Source: a virus. Taken from it: a DNA stretch of 64,000 nt. The stretch is taken from the IMG/VR virus record IMGVR_UViG_3300030012_004221, positions 94,184 to 158,183 of that record. One strand, given 5' to 3'. Positions 60,211 through 64,000 of the stretch are shown here, in pieces. Below the pieces are notes generated by a model, which was not told the origin of the DNA, searched no databases, and saw only the letters and a list, made by a program, of their open reading frames with translations. The translations under genes were made by a program, and so were the position numbers. Each line of letters opens with the position of its first letter. Position 1 is the first letter of the stretch.

Positions 60211-61314
60211 TTAATTATCTTCTCTATACTTGTTTAAACCTGAGTATGATTCTGGGTTTTCGTTTGAGTTATAATTTGAGTTTTCATTAGATCCATAATT
60301 AGATCCTGCGTTACTTTCTTCACCCATAACTTTTTTATATTTTTTACCACTCATTTTTTCGTAAACCCTTTCCATTTTCATTTTTCTTTTTTCAAGAACT
60401 TTAACTTCACGCTGCATTTCTTTCATTTTAGTTTTATCAACTAATTCTGATAAACTATCATCTTCAGTAACCATATTAATTCTTTCTTTTTTACCTTCAA
60501 TAATTTCAGATAAAGCATCTATTTGAAGTTCCATAGTAGCAATTTTACCATTTTTTTCAATTTCAGCTAATTTAGTTTCTGTAGTTTCTTTTTTTACTCT
60601 TGGTTTTCTTTTTGGTTTTTCTCCTAATGGAGTTTCATTTAAAATATTTACTAGTGATATCATTTTATTTTCTTTTAGTTCTAAATAACCGGTTCCAACT
60701 TCACCTTCTGGGTAGTCTTTTGTTGTAGCTTCACCATATCCGCCTCCAACACCGCCATTTTTTATTTGTTTTCCTTTTCCTAATGCCGGGGCATCTTCTG
60801 TATAGCCAATTCCTTCAATACCAAATTGAGCATCTTCAACATAGTATAATGGGTTTTTGTCTATATTTTTAATAACTAAATCAATTAATTCTTGTTTAGT
60901 TTTATCTGCATTTTTTTCGTTTGTAAGCTCTGTATAATATCCTTGACGGAACTGCTCTCCAGATACATTATTAAGTAATTTATCATCTTTATAATCATAT
61001 CCTTTAGTAGGAGCTTGTAAATCAGTAACTTCTTTAGTTGTTTTTTTCTCTATTGCCTTAGCTTCTTCTAAAGAAATAAGTTCCATATTTTCATCAAATA
61101 ATTTAAACCAATTAGGTTTTTCTTTAGTACCTGTAGCTACATATAAATTTTCTGAGATAATATTTCTCTTTGCTAGAATAGCAGATGCTTCCTCAAATCC
61201 AGCTGCATTACGAACTAGATTAGGGTATTTTGCTTTGACTTCTTTAAGGAAAATATGTTTACTACCTTTTCCTTTTTTTATTTGATTATATTGTTCTTGT
61301 AATGTTTTTGCCAT
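60211..61314 (-). CDS. Hypothetical head-region protein
   Basis: Lys/Glu-rich with a C-terminal coiled coil; in the portal-protease operon. Confidence 0.7.
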   Translation of the reverse strand: MAKTLQEQYNQIKKGKGSKHIFLKEVKAKYPNLVRNAAGFEEASAILAKRNIISENLYVATGTKEKPNWFKLFDENMELISLEEAKAIEKKTTKEVTDLQAPTKGYDYKDDKLLNNVSGEQFRQGYYTELTNEKNADKTKQELIDLVIKNIDKNPLYYVEDAQFGIEGIGYTEDAPALGKGKQIKNGGVGGGYGEATTKDYPEGEVGTGYLELKENKMISLVNILNETPLGEKPKRKPRVKKETTETKLAEIEKNGKIATMELQIDALSEIIEGKKERINMVTEDDSLSELVDKTKMKEMQREVKVLEKRKMKMERVYEKMSGKKYKKVMGEESNAGSNYGSNENSNYNSNENPESYSGLNKYREDN

Positions 61315-61315
61315 T

Positions 61316-62359
61316 TTATTCGCCTTTTAATAAGTCTTTAATATCTTTTATATAGTCTAAAACTAGATCTGTTGGTTTAACAACCGAATATGAACCAGGA
61401 TTTTCTTTATAATAATCACTAGTTTCATTTTTAGCATTGCTCAACATCTTATAAATATCATTCATTTCCTGTTCAATGCGATCAAATGCTTGAATTCTAC
61501 CTTGTTGAAATTCTTCTTGTGGGGTAGAATCATCTTCAAATAATTGTTTTACTTCTAGACCTGATCCTTTAATTTTTTTAGGTACTAACTTATACCCAAA
61601 TTCTTTTACATAACTGTTATCTTTTACTCCATCAGCACCTGCTTTAGGACCTGGGCCTAATGTAGCTCCTACTCCTTCTTTAACTTCTTTATATCCTAAT
61701 TCTTTATATGCTTTATCATTTGGTTTAGATCCTTTTAATCTAAAAGCATAAGGTGTTAAATAAGCTCCTGCTGCTCCTGATGTTGATATTTCTTCAACTT
61801 CATCTTCAAATATATGATCTGCTAAAGCAAATCTAATAACACCTCTTAACATACCATCATCTTTAATATTATATTTTTCTGATATGGCTTTTGCTACTGC
61901 ATCAACTCTTCTATCCTGAAGATCAGATATGTCAGAAACACTTGGTAATTCAGCTTCAGATAATTTTACTTGTATCCTTTTGTAATCATCAGGATATTCA
62001 TTTCTTATATGAGTACGAATTTTATTTCTTAATTTTTTAGAATCTTCAAAAATATCTCTAAATACTTTATCATTCTTAGCTTTTACATAAACTCCTTTAG
62101 CTGTGTCAACTAGATCAGTTGATGCTTCTATTAACTTTTCATAATTAGGCAAATATTCTATATCCCACTTAACTGCCCCCGTTTCTGGGTTTATATCAGT
62201 AATTGTTGATTTTATTCCATCATCAACTTTAGTTTGACCTACTTTAAATTGTCTTTTAGGTATTCCTAATTCCTTCTCTGCCTGATCAGCTGATGCAGTT
62301 TTAGACATTTCAGATAATAGTTCTTTTACTACTTTATTTATTATTTTTATTTTACCCAT
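61316..62359 (-). CDS. Hypothetical head-region protein
   Basis: ORF track; overlaps the upstream gene. Confidence 0.7.
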   Translation of the reverse strand: MGKIKIINKVVKELLSEMSKTASADQAEKELGIPKRQFKVGQTKVDDGIKSTITDINPETGAVKWDIEYLPNYEKLIEASTDLVDTAKGVYVKAKNDKVFRDIFEDSKKLRNKIRTHIRNEYPDDYKRIQVKLSEAELPSVSDISDLQDRRVDAVAKAISEKYNIKDDGMLRGVIRFALADHIFEDEVEEISTSGAAGAYLTPYAFRLKGSKPNDKAYKELGYKEVKEGVGATLGPGPKAGADGVKDNSYVKEFGYKLVPKKIKGSGLEVKQLFEDDSTPQEEFQQGRIQAFDRIEQEMNDIYKMLSNAKNETSDYYKENPGSYSVVKPTDLVLDYIKDIKDLLKGE

Positions 62360-63209
62360 TTGCTTTACGTAATTCTTCTAATAATGAATGATATTGTAAC
62401 AAATCAACTAAATGATCACTTTTAATAACTGTTCTTTTATCTAGTTCTTTAATTAAAGAAGAAACCTCATTTAATTTTATTTTAACGACTTCACTTTTTG
62501 TTTTTTTAATTCCTTCTTTTATTGTAGTTTTAATTAAATTAACTTCATTATTATAAAATTCTTTAAGTCTGGATGTATTGTCTACAGATTCAATAAATTC
62601 TTTTAAAATGTGTTTTTGTTTAGAATTAAGTGAAGAATATTTATCATTAAATTTTTCTAATAGTACATAATAAGTAAGTGTACGAATATCTTTATCTTGA
62701 GATTTAAATTCTTCAATTATATTATTTTTAACACTATCTCTAACTACTTCTTTAGATGTTAAATGTTCTAAAATAGTTACTTTATTATCTATAATTTGAT
62801 TAGGATCTATTAATTTAGTAGTGTTATATGCTTCTACTAATGTATATAAAGAAGCTTGAGCTTTGTAGTCATTCATTTTCGTTTTAAATAAATCTTCTAC
62901 ATTATAATGTTTTTTTAGTTCACTTATTAAATTATATTTTTCTTTTCTTATTCTAGATCTATTTAATTTTTTAGACTGTTCTAATACTGTATCTAATACA
63001 GCATTTGCTTTAGAAGAATCTAATTTTGAAGATTTAAATATAGTTTCATATAATTTATATTCTTTGCCTAACTCAGTGTTAACAAAGTGTGATTTTAAAA
63101 TTTCTATGGCCGGAGAATTTTTGCCTGACAGGGTTTCGGAGGTAATTTTTCTTACCACTACTTCAAATAGAATACCTGTATTCCTGAATTTTGAATGTTT
63201 TATATACAT
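62352..63209 (-). CDS. Hypothetical head-region protein following portal
   Basis: ATG at 63209 (the track uses TTG at 63212); late motif at 63225. Confidence 0.7.
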   Translation of the reverse strand: MYIKHSKFRNTGILFEVVVRKITSETLSGKNSPAIEILKSHFVNTELGKEYKLYETIFKSSKLDSSKANAVLDTVLEQSKKLNRSRIRKEKYNLISELKKHYNVEDLFKTKMNDYKAQASLYTLVEAYNTTKLIDPNQIIDNKVTILEHLTSKEVVRDSVKNNIIEEFKSQDKDIRTLTYYVLLEKFNDKYSSLNSKQKHILKEFIESVDNTSRLKEFYNNEVNLIKTTIKEGIKKTKSEVVKIKLNEVSSLIKELDKRTVIKSDHLVDLLQYHSLLEELRKANG

Positions 63210-63240
63210 CAATACTTATTTTTTTATAAATATATTAAAA

Positions 63241-64000
63241 TTATTGTTCCTTAATATTTGATTCGTCAAGTAACGAGCTTTTTGCGCTATCTTGCTCAAA
63301 TACTAACTTTTTCCCAGATATAAGTTTATCAGGAAGTGATTTTAACATAGATTGATGCTTTGCATAGTTTACATTACTTTCTAATGCTAAAGGACTTTTT
63401 TTAGGATCATTATAATCTTGTTTCATACCTTGAGAACCTAATCGATCTTTTCCAAAATTATCATCTTGAGTATTTCGTTTAGATACTTTTTTCTTTGGCC
63501 TCCCTAAAGGTGTTTTTCTATTTCCTATATACTGATTATCTTCATTATGTGGAGGTATATCACCAGGATTTGAATACATTCTTCCTTTACCATATAATGT
63601 AGCTAAATCATGAGGTGTACCATATGACTGACCTGTTTCAACTGGGTCATTCCCTTCAGCTTCAATTTGAGCTATTCTAAACTTACGTTTAGCATCTTCT
63701 CTAACTAAATCTCTAAAGTCATCATATTGATCTTCACTTAAGTGGAATAGATGATCATAAACGAAGTCTGTTGGGAACATATTTGTTTCAACCATTTGAG
63801 CAGCTAAATCCATTTTTTCTTTCATTAACGCTACTCTTTCTTGATCATAAATAATAGATGGAGTTGTTAGTGATAATTCAAAGTTAGCTAGTTGTTCATC
63901 TTTATAACCTTGAGTATATAAATGAACTAATGCTATTTTATATAATTCTGATACTACAATTCTTTGTATACGTTCTATTGTACGAGCAAATCTAATATCT
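63241..64000 (-). CDS. Portal protein (T4 gp20-like), 3' part
   Basis: The frame stays open to the window edge: DIRFARTIERIQRIVVSELYKIALVHL..., the gp20 stem-helix signature. Confidence 0.85.
   Translation of the reverse strand, partial: DIRFARTIERIQRIVVSELYKIALVHLYTQGYKDEQLANFELSLTTPSIIYDQERVALMKEKMDLAAQMVETNMFPTDFVYDHLFHLSEDQYDDFRDLVREDAKRKFRIAQIEAEGNDPVETGQSYGTPHDLATLYGKGRMYSNPGDIPPHNEDNQYIGNRKTPLGRPKKKVSKRNTQDDNFGKDRLGSQGMKQDYNDPKKSPLALESNVNYAKHQSMLKSLPDKLISGKKLVFEQDSAKSSLLDESNIKEQ

Noticed and set aside
1-64000. Stop-codon reassignment
   Set aside because: Genes are full length in the standard code, and TAG and TGA both end genes at sensible boundaries.
1-64000. tRNA or rRNA genes
   Set aside because: Intergenic gaps are short and AT-rich, and no cloverleaf was recognisable by eye; tRNAscan was not run.

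Overview
AT-rich fragment of a large tailed dsDNA phage (myovirus with T4-like morphogenesis genes). Every credible gene is on the minus strand. Reading right to left: portal (partial), head proteins, prohead protease, scaffold and major capsid protein; an inserted amidinotransferase-fold / PS-decarboxylase-fold / PhoH operon; neck and tail-terminator genes; a fibre-like protein and a 2467-aa protein with 665 Gly/Ser triplets; a glycosylation cluster (RMT2/GAMT-like methyltransferase, two glycosyltransferases, and a methyltransferase fused to an Aah/TibC-type protein O-heptosyltransferase); sheath, tube, a tail chaperone with a probable +1 frameshift, tape measure and baseplate; replication genes (compact family A polymerase, gp32-like SSB, RecA/UvsX, 5'-3' exonuclease, DnaB-like helicase, class Ia RNR); a lysis region that encloses a secreted cassette including a T9SS-cargo protein, pointing to a Bacteroidota host; and the start of a 7-deazaguanine DNA-modification module (TGT/DpdA-like gene and queC). 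The strongest candidate for a new system is phage-encoded O-glycosylation of the virion: a protein Ser-glycosyltransferase sits next to a giant Ser/Gly acceptor fibre, and a (S/T)-(G/A/S/Q)-S motif appears enriched across virion proteins. All calls come from motif recognition by eye; no searches were run.
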